Shown one piece after another: positions 49,252 through 61,458 of a stretch of 64,000 nt of DNA (position 1 is its first letter; each line of letters starts with the position of its first letter). Below the pieces are notes generated by a model that saw only the letters and a program-made list of their open reading frames with translations, was not told the DNA's origin and did no database searches. The translations under genes were made by a program, and so were the position numbers. The DNA lies in contig NC_082712.1 in assembly GCF_030144855.1 (NCBI RefSeq), forward strand, positions 38,564,001 to 38,628,000. The letters run 5' to 3'. The DNA comes from Hypanus sabinus. Lineage: Eukaryota.

Positions 49252-50683
49252 CAATGTATTCTGGTTAATTAGGACAAATTGGGACCAATACATTTTAGCT
49301 AGTTAAGCGCTTGCCCAATTAGCTGAAGTTTCATGGAAATATTTTTTAAAAAAGACAAACTGAGTAACAAATCATGTATTTAAACAAAATGTAGAACAAT
49401 TTGGAACACTAATGTCCCTCAATGTCGCAAAAACAAAGGAGCTGGTTGTAGACTACAGGAGGAATGGAGACAGGTTAACCCCTATTGACACCAATGGATC
49501 TGGGGTTGAGAGGGTGAACAACTTTAAGTTCTTTGGTATACACATCAAGGTTCTCACGTGGTGTGCCTTTTTCACCTCAGACAGTTGAGGAAGTTTCGTA
49601 TGGGCCCCCAAATCCTAAGGACTTTCTGTAGGGCCACAATTGAGAGTATCCTAACTGGCTGCATCACTGCCTGGCATGAGAACTGTACTTCCCTCAATCA
49701 CAGGACTCTGCAAAGAGTGGTACGGACAGCCCAGCACATCTGTAGATGTGAACTTCCCATGATTGAGGGCAATTACAGAGACAGGTGTGTAAAGGGGCCC
49801 GAAGGAGCATTGAGGACCCAAGTCACCCCAACCACAAACTTTTGCAGGTGCTACCATCCAGGAAACAGTACCACAGCATAAAAGCCAGGACTATTGGGCT
49901 CTGGGACAGCTTGGCATCAGACTGATTATTTCACACTGATACAACTGCATTTCTATGCTATATTGACTGTCCTGTTGTATATACTATTTATTACAAATTA
50001 CTATAAATTTAGATGGAGATGCAATGTAAAGATTTTTACTAATATATGTGAAGGATCTAAGAAATAAATCAATTCAATTCAATACTACCGATAGCACTAC
50101 AGTACTGTAAAATTGTATTAGTCTCTAATAGTTATCAATGGTGGAATCTATTCCGTGTACATAATGAACAATATCAGTGCAAACATGTAGAGCAGGTAAT
50201 GGACTGCCTTCATATAATGCTATTGATAATTGCATCCACTAAATCTTAATTTTAATTACAACATTAATGATTACTTAAATTCTTTGCATTTCCTAGCTTG
50301 TTGAAATAGTGAAATCGTTTCATTTTCACTCCTGACCATTTCTAGCATCATCAAGCCTGAATGTTTGAAACCACAGAAAGCAGGACAGTTCTGAATTGTT
50401 TTACTGCTTATTTCCGCCAACTAGTGACAAAAATCACTGCTGTTTGAATGCAAACATATGCAACTGAAGCTATTGAAAAACTGTTTAAATATGCAAGTGC
50501 GTGCAATTGACACAAGTTAGAACCCGTTCAGCAAAAGTCTGCTACCCCAATTAAGCGGCATATTGTCCCAAATAAACAAAGGGAATCACAGCAATTCTCT
50601 TGAATGGTTTTTTGTTCTATAAGAGTTGTCCCAAATAACAGCTACCTTGATTAACTGATTGTCCAATTAACTGGAATCCACTG
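49252..50683 (-). mobile_element. Tigger/pogo-type deletion derivative containing a nested LINE
   Basis: TA|CAATGTATTCTGGTTAATTAGGACA and TGTCCAATTAACTGGAATCCACTG|TA TIRs; - strand remnant EISSKTIQNCPAFCGFKH at ~50360-50420. Confidence 0.8.
49413..50082 (+). mobile_element. Rex1/Babar-like LINE 3' fragment nested in the Tigger element
   Basis: LNVAKTKELVVDYRR, NNFKFFGIHI, LFHLRQLRKF...TIESILTGCITAW; (caatt)n tail after aataaa. Confidence 0.85.
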
Positions 50684-51434
50684 TATTAAAAACAAAACCA
50701 TTCTATTTTATTTAAAAATTTTAACCATCAATTTTTTTCGCATTACTTTTCCTCGGCCATTTTCTTGCCAATTCACTTAACCTATCTGTATCTTCCTGAT
50801 GTCTAAGAATGACTTTGGAATTAGTTTAACTAAAAAAAAGGGATGTTTGAAAGATGTAGAAGTAATTATTAAAAAGTAGATTAGAGTTTGTTCTTCATCT
50901 TTAGAATAATTCATTGATTTTATGGGTTTTATTTACAAATCTTTGCTGTATATTTTAAATATCTAAGTTCATTACAATGAATTCAGTGCCCCTCTCTACA
51001 TGGAGAAATGCAACATACCAAAATGCCATGATACATTTGTCTAACCTTTTAAAATTGTACGTAACAAAACACCTTCCAGGAATGTATCAATTTAAAAAAA
51101 GGTGAATAGTCTCTGCTGTTTTAATCCAAGGTTCTTTCAGAAGCCAGGAAAGAGGCACATAACTTGTTCCTTCGTGATTATTTCATTAAGAGTTGATAGA
51201 ACATGAAAGATAGACTTCTGTCCATTAGTAAAGAGAAAGCTATGATTAAGAATGTGCTGCACTATTCTATTAATAGTTACCTTAAACAAGTAAAAAAAAT
51301 GTAAGTTATGACAAGATATTAGTACTCATAGTAATTAAGCAAAATTGACAAAAATGTAACTAATGTTAGAATAAACTTCATAATGTTCAGTAATTGTTAA
51401 CTTGCTTGAAGTCTTCTGGCTACTTAGTGATTTT

Positions 51435-52930
51435 CTCACTGTAGCCAAGAGGTTACTAGCACATTAACCTTGTTGTTGTCCTTGCTGACAGTATCTTCTG
51501 CTTTCAATGCGGAGTTGGTAATTAATAGCACTTGATAAGGGCCTTCCCATCCAGCTCCCAGTGTTTCCTTGTGCAGTTTCTTAATCAGGACCCACTCATG
51601 TGGAAATAGGTTGTGTCCTCCTTTTAGTGGGTCTTCCCATGTGGCAGATACCTGTTGAGAAGCAGACTGGACAGCTTGGGTTAATTTCACACAGCCTCCC
51701 TGAGATCAAGGTCTGCCAGCAATGACATAGGATCCCCATTACCACCTTGAATAGACTTGATTCAATTTTCTTGTTTGGATTTGCTCTGATGCTACATAAG
51801 ACCATAGGAAGAGCTGTAGGCCATGGTACGCCTTCCTCATGATACTTATAGTCAATCATTGTTTGGTTCCATTCAATCTGTTCAATTTGTCCTGATGATT
51901 CTGGGTGATTGGTATTTTCATTGTCCACCTTCATCACTCGACATAATTCCTGATAAACACTCCCAATGAAATGTGTTCCCTGGTCAGAGTTGGATATAGC
52001 ATGACAATCTCCATCTAGAAATATAGTCCTGGATAAGAATTCTTGCTGTGTGTATGGCAGTAGCTTTTCTTGCTGGAATAGCTTCCACCCATCTTGAAAA
52101 CCTGTCCACTATTACCAGTGCATATGAATATTCTTCACACTTTGGTGAAGAAATGCAGTCCACTTGTAAGTGTAAAAATAGATCGAGCTTGGGCAGGAGT
52201 ATTTAATTGTGGCAGCTTTTTTGCAGCTCTAGGATTCATTTTTTTGATATGTCATGCATCTTTCAAATGTTTGTCGAGCTTGTGCCTTGAACTTCTGATT
52301 CCACCACCATCTGCAGAACCAGTTGATCATCTTTCACACTCTAGTGGGGGTTATCAGTCTATGACTCCATCACTGTTTAACTTCCTACCATTGTCCACCC
52401 AGAACCACTTTCTGTGAAGAGTGAGCTTGCTTCTTCTGAGTATCTTGTATGTTCATCTGTGATAGTGTTCAACTTAGTTAATATATTACTGCTGTTGGGT
52501 CCACTGCACATGTTCTTTTACACCTTTCATTCCTTCCTATGCTGCCTTATTTTTTCAATTTCATCTGTGAATGCATTTCCACGGCTTTCCATTGTAGTCA
52601 TTTTGGAGTGGTTTTTACATTTTAATATGGCAACTTCTGCCAACGGTTGTGGGGTATCTTTAAGTTCTTGTACTAGTTGGCCATTCTTGATTGGGGTTCC
52701 TACAGCTATAAGAAATCCTCTGTCTCCATAAGCTTCCAAAATCATGAACAACTCCAAAAGCGTCTCAAGATTCAGTGCAGATATTAGCTTATCTTTCTTA
52801 TGCCAATTTGGAGGCTTCAATCAAAGCTTTTAATTCTGCCTGTTGTTTAGAGGTACCATATAAATTTCTCTGTCAATCGTTCAGAAGCCATCAGTCTACA
52901 GAATAAGATCTCTGGCAGAGTAATATCTTT
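51435..52930 (-). mobile_element. Endogenous retrovirus pol remnant (RNase H plus integrase), class I gamma/epsilon-like
   Basis: QQAELKALIEA, RGFLIAVGTPIKNGQLV...VAILKCKNH...SRGNAFTD, LVIVDRFSRWVEAIP, SDQGTHFIG, HPESSGQIE, WPTALPMVL, WEGPYQVLLITNSALK; many stops and frameshifts. Confidence 0.85.
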
Positions 52931-52954
52931 GGTGCTGTTGGTCTCCATGTTCTT

Positions 52955-53560
52955 GAATCAATCAGGTTTAATATTACCTGTATCTGTCATGGAATTTATT
53001 ACTTTGTGGCAGCAATACAATGCACCACATGATAATAGAGAAAAAAATGAAGTACAGTAAATGTGTATGTAAAATGTATATTATAAAATTAATCTAGTGC
53101 AAAAAAGAAATAAAAAAAGAAATTAGTGAGATAGTGTTCATGAGTTTAATGTCCATTCAGAAATCAGATGGCAAAGGTGAAAAAGCTGTTCCTGAATCAT
53201 TGAGTGTGTCTCTTCAGGCTTCTGTACCTCCTTCCTGATGATAGCAATGAGAAGGGGGCATGTCCTGGGTGATGGGGTTCCTTGATGCTGAACATCACCT
53301 TCCTAAGGCCACTTCCCTGAAGATGTCCTGGATACTTCAGAAGGTAGTGCCCTTGGAGCTGACTAATTTTACAACTCTCTGCAGCTTGCACTGATCCTGT
53401 GCAGTTGCCCCCACCCACTCCCAAACCGGACGGTGATGCAGACAGTTAGAATGCTGTCCACATCTGTCAATCTTTTTTTTTGGGTGATATACAAAATCTC
53501 TTCAAACTCCTATTGAAATATAGCCACTGTCATGTAGCTGCATCGATATGTTGGGTCTTC
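52955..53560 (-). mobile_element. Rex1/L2-type LINE 3' fragment
   Basis: IKEPHHPGHAPFSLLSSGRRYRSLKRHT and an atcaggtttaatat tail. Confidence 0.75.
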
Positions 53561-53594
53561 AGTTAAGACTGCCATCATGTGTTTTCATTTACAT

Positions 53595-54170
53595 ACAGAC
53601 AGACATACTTTATTGATCCCGAGAGAAATTGGGTTTCGTTACAGTCTCACCAAGAATAGAGAAGAGATATAGCAATATAAAACCATAAATAATTAAATAA
53701 TAGTAAGTTAATCATGCCAAGTGGAAATAAGTCCAGGACCAGCCTATTGGCTCAGGGTGTCTGACACTCCGAGGGAGGAGTTGTAAAGTTTGATCGCCAC
53801 AGGCAGGAATGACTTCCTATAACACTCAGCGTTAACATCTCGGTGGAATGAATCTCTGGCTGAATGTACTCCTGTGCCTAACCAGTACATTATGGGGTGG
53901 ATGGGAGTCATTGTCCAAGATGGCATGCAACTTGGACAGCATCCTCTTTTCAGACACCACCGTCAGAGAGTCCAGTTCCACCCCCACAACATCACTGGCC
54001 TTACGAATGAATTTGTTGATTCTGTTGGTGTCTGCGACCCTCAGCCTGCTGCCATAGCACACAACAGCAAACATGATAGCACTGGCCACCACAGCCTGGT
54101 AGAACATCCTCAGCATCGCCCGGCAGATGTTAAAGGACCTCAGTCTCCTCAGGAAATAGAGACGGCTCTA
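53595..54170 (-). mobile_element. Rex1/Babar LINE 3' fragment (relatively intact)
   Basis: RLYFLRRLRSFNICRAMLRMFYQAVVASAIMFAVVCYG...ECYRKSFLPVAIKLYN; aataaa and (gtct)n tail. Confidence 0.85.
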
Positions 54171-54929
54171 ATAGTTTACCTGTACCAGGGATTCTTAATG
54201 TAGGTGCAATACACAATGTCATTTTGAAACACTTTCACTTGTTCTTCATTAAGAATCACAGGGTTGTCTGAGCATTTAGTGTCCTGAAGCCGATCGTTGA
54301 ATGGTTGATGAATCTGCCACTAGGTTGTCAATACATTGATTAACAATGGATTTATCTTCAGTCCTGAGTCTTCATTTCCTTGATCTTTATTGGAACAAGC
54401 TGTGACATTGCTGTTAGTCTTATTGTTTCATCACTGTCGTCCTCACTTAAAAAGTCACTAGGAGCTGCTGTAGAATACATGTCATGTAATTCCTCAGAGT
54501 TCAGATGGTGTCATTTAATTGGGAGACAGTCCACCGTAGACTAATTCTTTGGAGTTTGGATAGTGTTGCTGTCTCGGAGATCTGTCTGATGTAGGCTGTA
54601 ATTCTCTCAGTGGAGTTTCAGAAGTGGGTTTTTCCCAGGGCGAAGCACCAGCAGTAGTAGTGACACTATCAGGACCACTCATTTGAAGTCATGGCTGTGC
54701 TTTTCCGTTTTGTTTTAGTTCGTGAGCTCTGCACAGTGCACTTCAATTGAATTATCATGCCATTCTTTCACTTATTACAAGTTTTGCATTTCTTTTGACT
54801 GGTAAAAGACTTTACACATTACATTAACTCTAAATTGCTCACGCAGTTGATCAAACTGACCAAGAGGTTATATCCTGATATTCATTTTCTTATGGGAATA
54901 CTCAATTAATCTATAATAGGATAATAATC

Positions 54930-55950
54930 ATAATAGAATCGATGAGACTGTACCAACTTGGGCATTCAACCAGTGTGCAAAAGACAACAAGCTATGAAAA
55001 TACAAAAAGAAATAAGTGATAATAATAAGTTGTAAGTATTGAGAGCATGAGAGGAGTCGTCTTGAGAGTTAGTCCAAAGGTCATAGAAACATTTCAATGA
55101 TGGGGCAAGTGAAGTTAACCCCTTTGGTTCAAGAGCCTGATGGCTGCAGGGTAATAACTGTTTCTGAATCTGGTGGTGTGAGTCCTGAAGCTCCTGATGG
55201 CAGCAGTGAGAAGAGGGCATATTCTGGGTGGTGGAGGTGTCTGATGATGGATGCTACTTTCCTGCGACATTGTTTCGTGTAGATGTGCTCAATGGTAAGG
55301 AGGGCTTTACCTGCGATGAAAGGTATCCACTACATCTTTTTGTAGTATTTTCCATTCAAGTGTATTGGTGTTTCTATACCAGGCTGTGATGCAGCCTGTC
55401 AATTTTCGTGTTGTGATGGAAAATAACTGGTTCTTTGAGTCTGAACAGTAGAGGCCTGGACACACACAGTTTTAATAATAAGGAATTTATTTACAAGGGG
55501 TAGTCAGGTCAACACAAGCAACTACAATAAACAGGAAGCAGTGTGGGGACTGGGTACAGTTACACAAACAAAGAACGAGGGAAAAGCACTACAACAGCTA
55601 TCCCCCTTGGCCTTGGGTAGCTGCGGCTCCCTTACCAGGACAAACAATAGACCTTCCCAAGCATAAATCAATGCACTTACCTCCAATGTGGTGGTCTATA
55701 AGAGAGAGCTAGCCAAGGGCAAGTCTCACCTTTTAAAGCATGGGGCTGGGCGAGATAATCCAATTAAGGTGACCAATAATTTAGGTGTGCATTGATTAGT
55801 TGGGAGGGACCAAATGTTGATTGGCATGTGGTGTGTCCTCCGACCAGCCAGGTGGCAGTGCATCTGTCGCATGGCCGGTATCTCTGGATACAATATGTTC
55901 CACTACGCGTTCATATGTCAAAATTTTAGATATCATGCTGAATCTTCATA
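54930..55950 (-). mobile_element. Rex1/L2-type LINE fragment split by an LTR-like insertion
   Basis: LINE motifs 54930-55403 (GKALLTIEHIY, HHPEYALFSLLPS) appear to resume at ~55891-55950. Confidence 0.6.
55404..55892 (-). mobile_element. Putative solo LTR (~490 bp)
   Basis: Insertion within a LINE; on - strand CCAAT boxes, then a TTTAAAA TATA-like box (~55731-55738), then AATAAA (~55486); right terminus ...ATACA, left terminus and TSD unclear. Confidence 0.45.
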
Positions 55951-55989
55951 CATACTTTAATCACTTTGACCACAATCTCAAAATATTAA

Positions 55990-56242
55990 TGGATTGTAAC
56001 CAAATTGCTCATCCAAGCAAATAGATTGCAACCAAATGAGTTGATCTTACAACCATAGATTGATCCAGCAACCAAGCAGGTTGCAATGCCAATATTTTTC
56101 CCAGGTACCAAAGTAGTTCATCATGTGAACATATTAATGTTAATATGTTAATATTTGGTTATTAATTGTAACCAAATAGGTTGCAGCAACGATGTCTTTA
56201 CAAGGTGCCAATATAGATTGTAACTAAGTAGGCTGCAACCAT
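55990..56242. repeat. Degenerate dispersed tandem motif (A/G)TTG(C/T)AACCAA
   Basis: About 7-8 imperfect copies (gattgtaaccaaat, gattgcaaccaaat, cagcaaccaagc, aattgtaaccaaat, gattgtaactaagt, gctgcaaccat) at irregular spacing. Confidence 0.55.
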
Positions 56243-59200
56243 ATATTTTCAGTTGTTTTTCCTTTTAAATAACAATGAAGCATCCTCAATCCTAATTTCC
56301 AACTGATATTTGAAACCAGACCTTTTTTCTCTCGTACAACAGAAGAACAAAGGAGGTTTTTGCCCCTTTTGTGTGCACTTAAAAAGTCCACTTATGTCTT
56401 CAATTGTTCGAAATTCTAACTTCAGAATATCCTCTGTGGACTACTTCATTTACTGGTATTTTGATCTTTTAATCCAAGGATAAGAGGCAATAACCTTGTT
56501 GCTATACAATTGTTTTATTAAGAACAGAGGAAAGCTGACTGTGATAGAGGTCTACAAGTCAAAGGAAAATTTCAATTAAAGAGTAAGATGGCGCCTCTTT
56601 TTGTTTCTCTATTTATACCCATAGAGATGATGAAAATTTAATTTGGATTGACTCGTATCTACAAATGAGAAAGTACTCATTTGAAGTACTGCAGAACCAA
56701 GTTAACCAATGAGAAAGCACTTAATGCAGAACAAATAAGCTTCAAGAGCTTTCCAAAATTATACTTTGTAAGCCTCTTTGTGTAGAGGCTATACATATTA
56801 AATTGTTATATGCATACAAGATCTAAAATACAAGCAGATAATTATTAACTGTAAAGAAAATGCAATTTAAAAAGTCTAATCTAAGAATTAAATGGGTTAA
56901 TCCAACAGTGGCAATCGGTGAGCATTTTAAGTAAGACTTCAGGATAATAACACCTTTTTCCCCTTTGGTTTTGTGTGTTCTGAGGTAGCTAATGAAGCCA
57001 ATATCAGAAGTGGTTAATGGGTAGGCAGTTGGGTAGTTTGTGATGTAATCTATCTACATAAAGCTTCAGTGTGCTCTTAAAGTGTAGCCTCAAGGTTCTC
57101 AACACCACCCTGATGTGCATACAAGGAGCAGCAAACCTGTTTCAGGAGATTCCCTAGAGTCAGTTGGGAAGGTACATTCGTCAAGAAATCATATATTCTA
57201 GGGTATTTTCCTGTCTGGATTAGATTGGAGTACCTGTTTTGGGAAATTGGCAATGGAATGCAAAAAATGTGGTTTGCCCAGTGTATTTGAATAAGTTAGG
57301 AGGGTCTTAAACGTTGGGGATATTGACTGAGGAAAGGACGTAGGTGTGGTTTGCTTGTCCTTCCAGTGAATTTGGGGTGCTTTGTGGAGCTGGCTGGTAG
57401 CTGGGCCTGAGGACTTATTCTTTACATACCTTTTTTTTTCTCACTTGTGGAAAGCTGTACTGGCATTTTGAAGGTGACAGTGAATATGAGAGCAATCTTT
57501 CCAGTCCAGCCTTCATGGATCATAAAGAAGTCTATTCCCAAGGATAATAAAGTCTTGTGAGCAGACATTGTCGTCACTAAAAGAGTTTCAGACACATCCA
57601 CGGTTCTTAAGAGGAGGATGTTCCAAGGATCTTTGTGCTGTAATCATAATCGTCTTCAAGAAAGGAGACAGGCCCAACTGTGGGGTCTTACAGCCACAGG
57701 GAAAGCCATGAAAAGGGTCCTGCTCAGCTGTTTCCTCCCAGAATTGGTTAGATTTGTTTAACTGGGGGCATAGTTGACATGATCTTCACTGCATGACGGC
57801 TCCAGGAAAATGCCAAAAATGGCATTGGCTACTAATTTGCCTCAGACTCAGGAGAGACTAAGGAACATCTTCCTCAGATTCAGCTTCTCCATCTTCTATT
57901 TACTAGAAATCGGTGTGCAATCTGTGATAATCAAAGGCTCTGTAATAGAAAACTGGTATTAAACAATAATGCCCAATGCTTTCATCAACCTGCTGCAATG
58001 TGGTGTCTAACACCCAACAAATATTCTGCAGTGAAGTTAATCTTAAACTAATGGAAGTTTGTAACAAATATATTCCAGAATTTGGTTTCCCAATCTTTCG
58101 TAGCTGTAATATTCAGATTCATGTTCACAAACACTCGAGGTAAAGTAATTTATTACAATTGATTACAGCATCACTGGATCAAAAAGGGTAAATAAGTCAC
58201 TGTTCCTTTCATCATTCCTATTCCAACTGTAGATGGAGGTTTGTATGTGTGAATGCTGAAAAGATTTATCATGCAACACTGTCTCAAGCAATTGTGCAAC
58301 ACATTTGTTTCTGCATATGTAATAGTCACTTGGGAAAGGTATTGTAGGATGACTGCTTTTGAAACTATCCATACAACTGATCTCAACGGTATAAGATGAC
58401 AGTTTGTAGTTGTGAATTTACTACTTAGAAACTAGCCATTAGGTGTGGAACATTCTGATACTGTGCCACTGTAACCACACAGAGGAAGACAATACATGTA
58501 CCTGTTAAGCAATCCTTATTGAAGTAGTTTTGTTTCTGACCTGAGCAAAAATTGGTTTATGAACAGTTCTCATCAGCAAAACCTGTGCATAACATGGGGA
58601 AGGCCTATAAATTTCTAGGTTAATTACTGATGTTAATTCTATGTTTTAAAATTGCTAAGCCCCTTTTTTTTTTGCTTGAAATAAAATGTTTTTTGTAGTT
58701 AATACTGCATCTTTTAAGTTTAGTTATAAGCTATTGTGTGTATCATTCTGGCAACAACACATTCTTCAGAAGTACCTTTATCATTGCATGTTGTTTTGAA
58801 CTACAGAGTGAATGAAATTCTATTATCGTAGATGGCAATGCAACCGGGTTTTGCAACACCTAGTTTTATAATAGCTTTTAAATCTTGAAGTGCTTGGTGT
58901 ACGTTGTCCCATTATTATACATCTTAACTTTCTTCCAAAGAACATTTTAAGCACAGTACCACGTTACTATTGTTTCATTCTCACTAAGCATTGAAAACTG
59001 GGACTGGATGTCCTAGTTATTGCTACAAACTAACTCCAACCTCAAAATAATTGAGGAGTCGTGACAATCTGAACATGGAACAGAACAGCACAGTACTGGC
59101 CTTTCAGCCCTCAATGTTGTGCTGGCCTAAATGGACCTACTCCACAATAAAGCTAATCCTTCTGTCCAGCACAGGCCATGACCCTCCATTTTTCTTATAT

Positions 59201-59559
59201 CCATGTGACTATCTGCAGTGTGTTTTAGAAATGTACCACTCTCTGTGTAAATGTTTTTTAAAAAACTACCTTTTGACATCTCCCCTTTTCTTCCCTCCAC
59301 TCACCTTAAATGGTTGTCCTCTGATATTGGCCATTGCTGCCCTAGGGAAAAGATGCTGGCTGTCAAACAGGAATTAGCTAAGCATCAAAGGAGGGAAAAC
59401 ATTAGAAGCCATTTAATTCCACTACATCAGGGACATAAAATTCAAGTGAAAGTTAACGTGGTTTTATGAATGTGGAAAACCATTTATTGGAGATTTTTTT
59501 TTAAAGCAACATGCTATGGAGAAAGGGGAACTGGTGTTCTTGAATAGCAGAAGGCATCG

Positions 59560-60530
59560 GTTTGTTGCAGAAAATGAAGGTTCAAAGTGTTTAAGGTTGA
59601 ATGGTTCTCAAAAAAGATTAGTAGATGTTAATAGGTTATTTTCTGCTTGACCAAATATAACTGGTATGCTGCTGCATTCATTCTTTATATAAAGTAAATG
59701 ACTTGGAAGAAGGCACAGGTGGTATAGTTGCTAAATTTGCTCTTCACTTAAGGATGTGTAAGATAGTAAATTGGGAAGAGGACATAAGGAGAGAAATGTA
59801 GAAGGGTTAAATGAATGGATAGATCTGGTAGTGAAATATAATGTAGGAAAATATAACATTGTCCATTTTGGTAATAAAAGCAAAGGAAGGTTATCAAAAT
59901 GACAACATTTGCAGAGCCACACACAGCCAGCCAGGCAGCATCTATGGAAAAGAATAAAGTTGATGTTTCGGGAAATGACTGTACTCTTTTCCCTAAATGC
60001 TGCCTGGCCTGCTGAGTTCCTTCAGCATTTTGTGTGTGTGTTGCTAAGATTTCCAGCATCTGCAAATCTCAAACAAGAGAAAATCTGCAGAGGTCTGTGA
60101 TGCAGAGAAATCGTAGTGTTATTAGCGATTTTAAATCATGCAATATATGTAGATGAAGCAACTGGAAAATCTACCATTTGCTGCAAAGAAATAGTCTGTA
60201 ATATTCAGAATTATGTGATGGTGAGTTCCCATTTAGATCTTGTAGAATATTGATCTCATCAAAAAGAGACTATGATTACTGCTTTTATTAAGTGGAGGTT
60301 GACTAGAGGAATAACTAGAAAGAAAATTGAATTGCTAGGTTTGCATCGGTTGCAATTTGGACAAATGTGGGAAATCCTGATCAAAACGTATAAAAAGCTG
60401 AAGAATGACAAGATGAATGTGGAGAGATTGGCTGCTCTTGTGCCTGAATACTGAACTAGGAAGAAAATGCTTAAAAATAACAGCTGATTCCAGACCAATA
60501 AGGATTTTTTACATGCAGTTCAAAAGATAC
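59560..60530 (+). mobile_element. Decayed CR1 LINE fragment with nested Penelope-terminus fold-back (59920-60095)
   Basis: LFFI*SK*LG, VAKFA, VKYNVGKYNIVHFGNK motifs; insertion with inverted ccaggcagcatct / tgctgcctgg arms. Confidence 0.6.
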
Positions 60531-61420
60531 AGGACCACACCAGGTTGCAAATTCCCAGCTATGGACATCCTGTAGATACAAACAAGCATTTGGGAGATCA
60601 GTGAAATGGATTTCTTGTCTGCTGCAGGGCTGTAAGCTGTTCTTTCCACTTCTGTTCCTGCTTCTATGATCCTTTTCCACACATTATTTTTATTCATTTC
60701 CAACTTATGAACTATTCAGGTTACAAGCAGTTTTCAAGAATGAAACCCTGGGTCTGCCTGTGTATGTTTATCAAGAGTTTGAAATGCTTCTGTGTATAGA
60801 TGGAAAAATGGATTTGAGTTTACAGTCCAATTAGCCACAATCATACTGAATAGTGGAAAAGGAGACCAGCCTTGTGGTCTCCTAGAGTTTTAAAATCATA
60901 TGTTCATATTGGATAAAGTGATAAGCATGAATTTGCAGAACAATTTAAAAATATGTAAATCGTATCTGGCTGATCTTGATTCTGTAAAAAGGCAGAAACT
61001 TTCCTTGGTTTGTTTGTGCTGTGGGATGCTAACTTGGGTGGTTAAAAACCAGTATGGGGCAAAAAAAGTCAAGTCTGTCTTTTAATGCAGAATGACATTG
61101 TTTCTTTAAAGTGCTTTCTTGAAGTGTATTAATAGAAATTGTAACCAGAATGCTGACTGTCCTATTGTAATAGACAACTTGGACATAAGCATTATCTCTT
61201 AGTTTTCTGAAAAGACAATTTTGTATCCACTGAAGTTTCTACACTTAAAGTGAAGCAACATTGCAGATGCTGGTATCTGGAGCAAAATGTTTTAGGTTTC
61301 TTTCTAGTACATCTTTTTTACCTCACAAGAGAAAATCTGCAGACGCTGGAAATCTGAGCAACACACAAAATGCTGGAGGAACTCGGGCCAGGCAGCATCT
61401 ATGGGGGGGAGAAGAAAGTA

Positions 61421-61458
61421 CAGTCGACGTTTCAGGCCGAAACCCTTCGGTAGGACTG
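61421..61458 (-). ncRNA. Minimal type-I hammerhead ribozyme-like motif (mutated core) in Penelope-like terminus
   Basis: CAGTC-CTACCGA-AGGGTTTCGGCCT-GAAA-CGTC-GACTG: helix I CAGTC/GACTG, helix II AGG/CCT, GAAA, GUC site; core deviates from CUGANGA. Confidence 0.6.

Noticed and set aside
55990-56242. CRISPR-like repeat-spacer array
   Set aside because: Vertebrate intron, short degenerate repeats, irregular spacers, no cas genes.
56900-58000. Possible additional retroelement coding remnant
   Set aside because: Only an isolated IDYI-like motif on - strand; not enough to assign.
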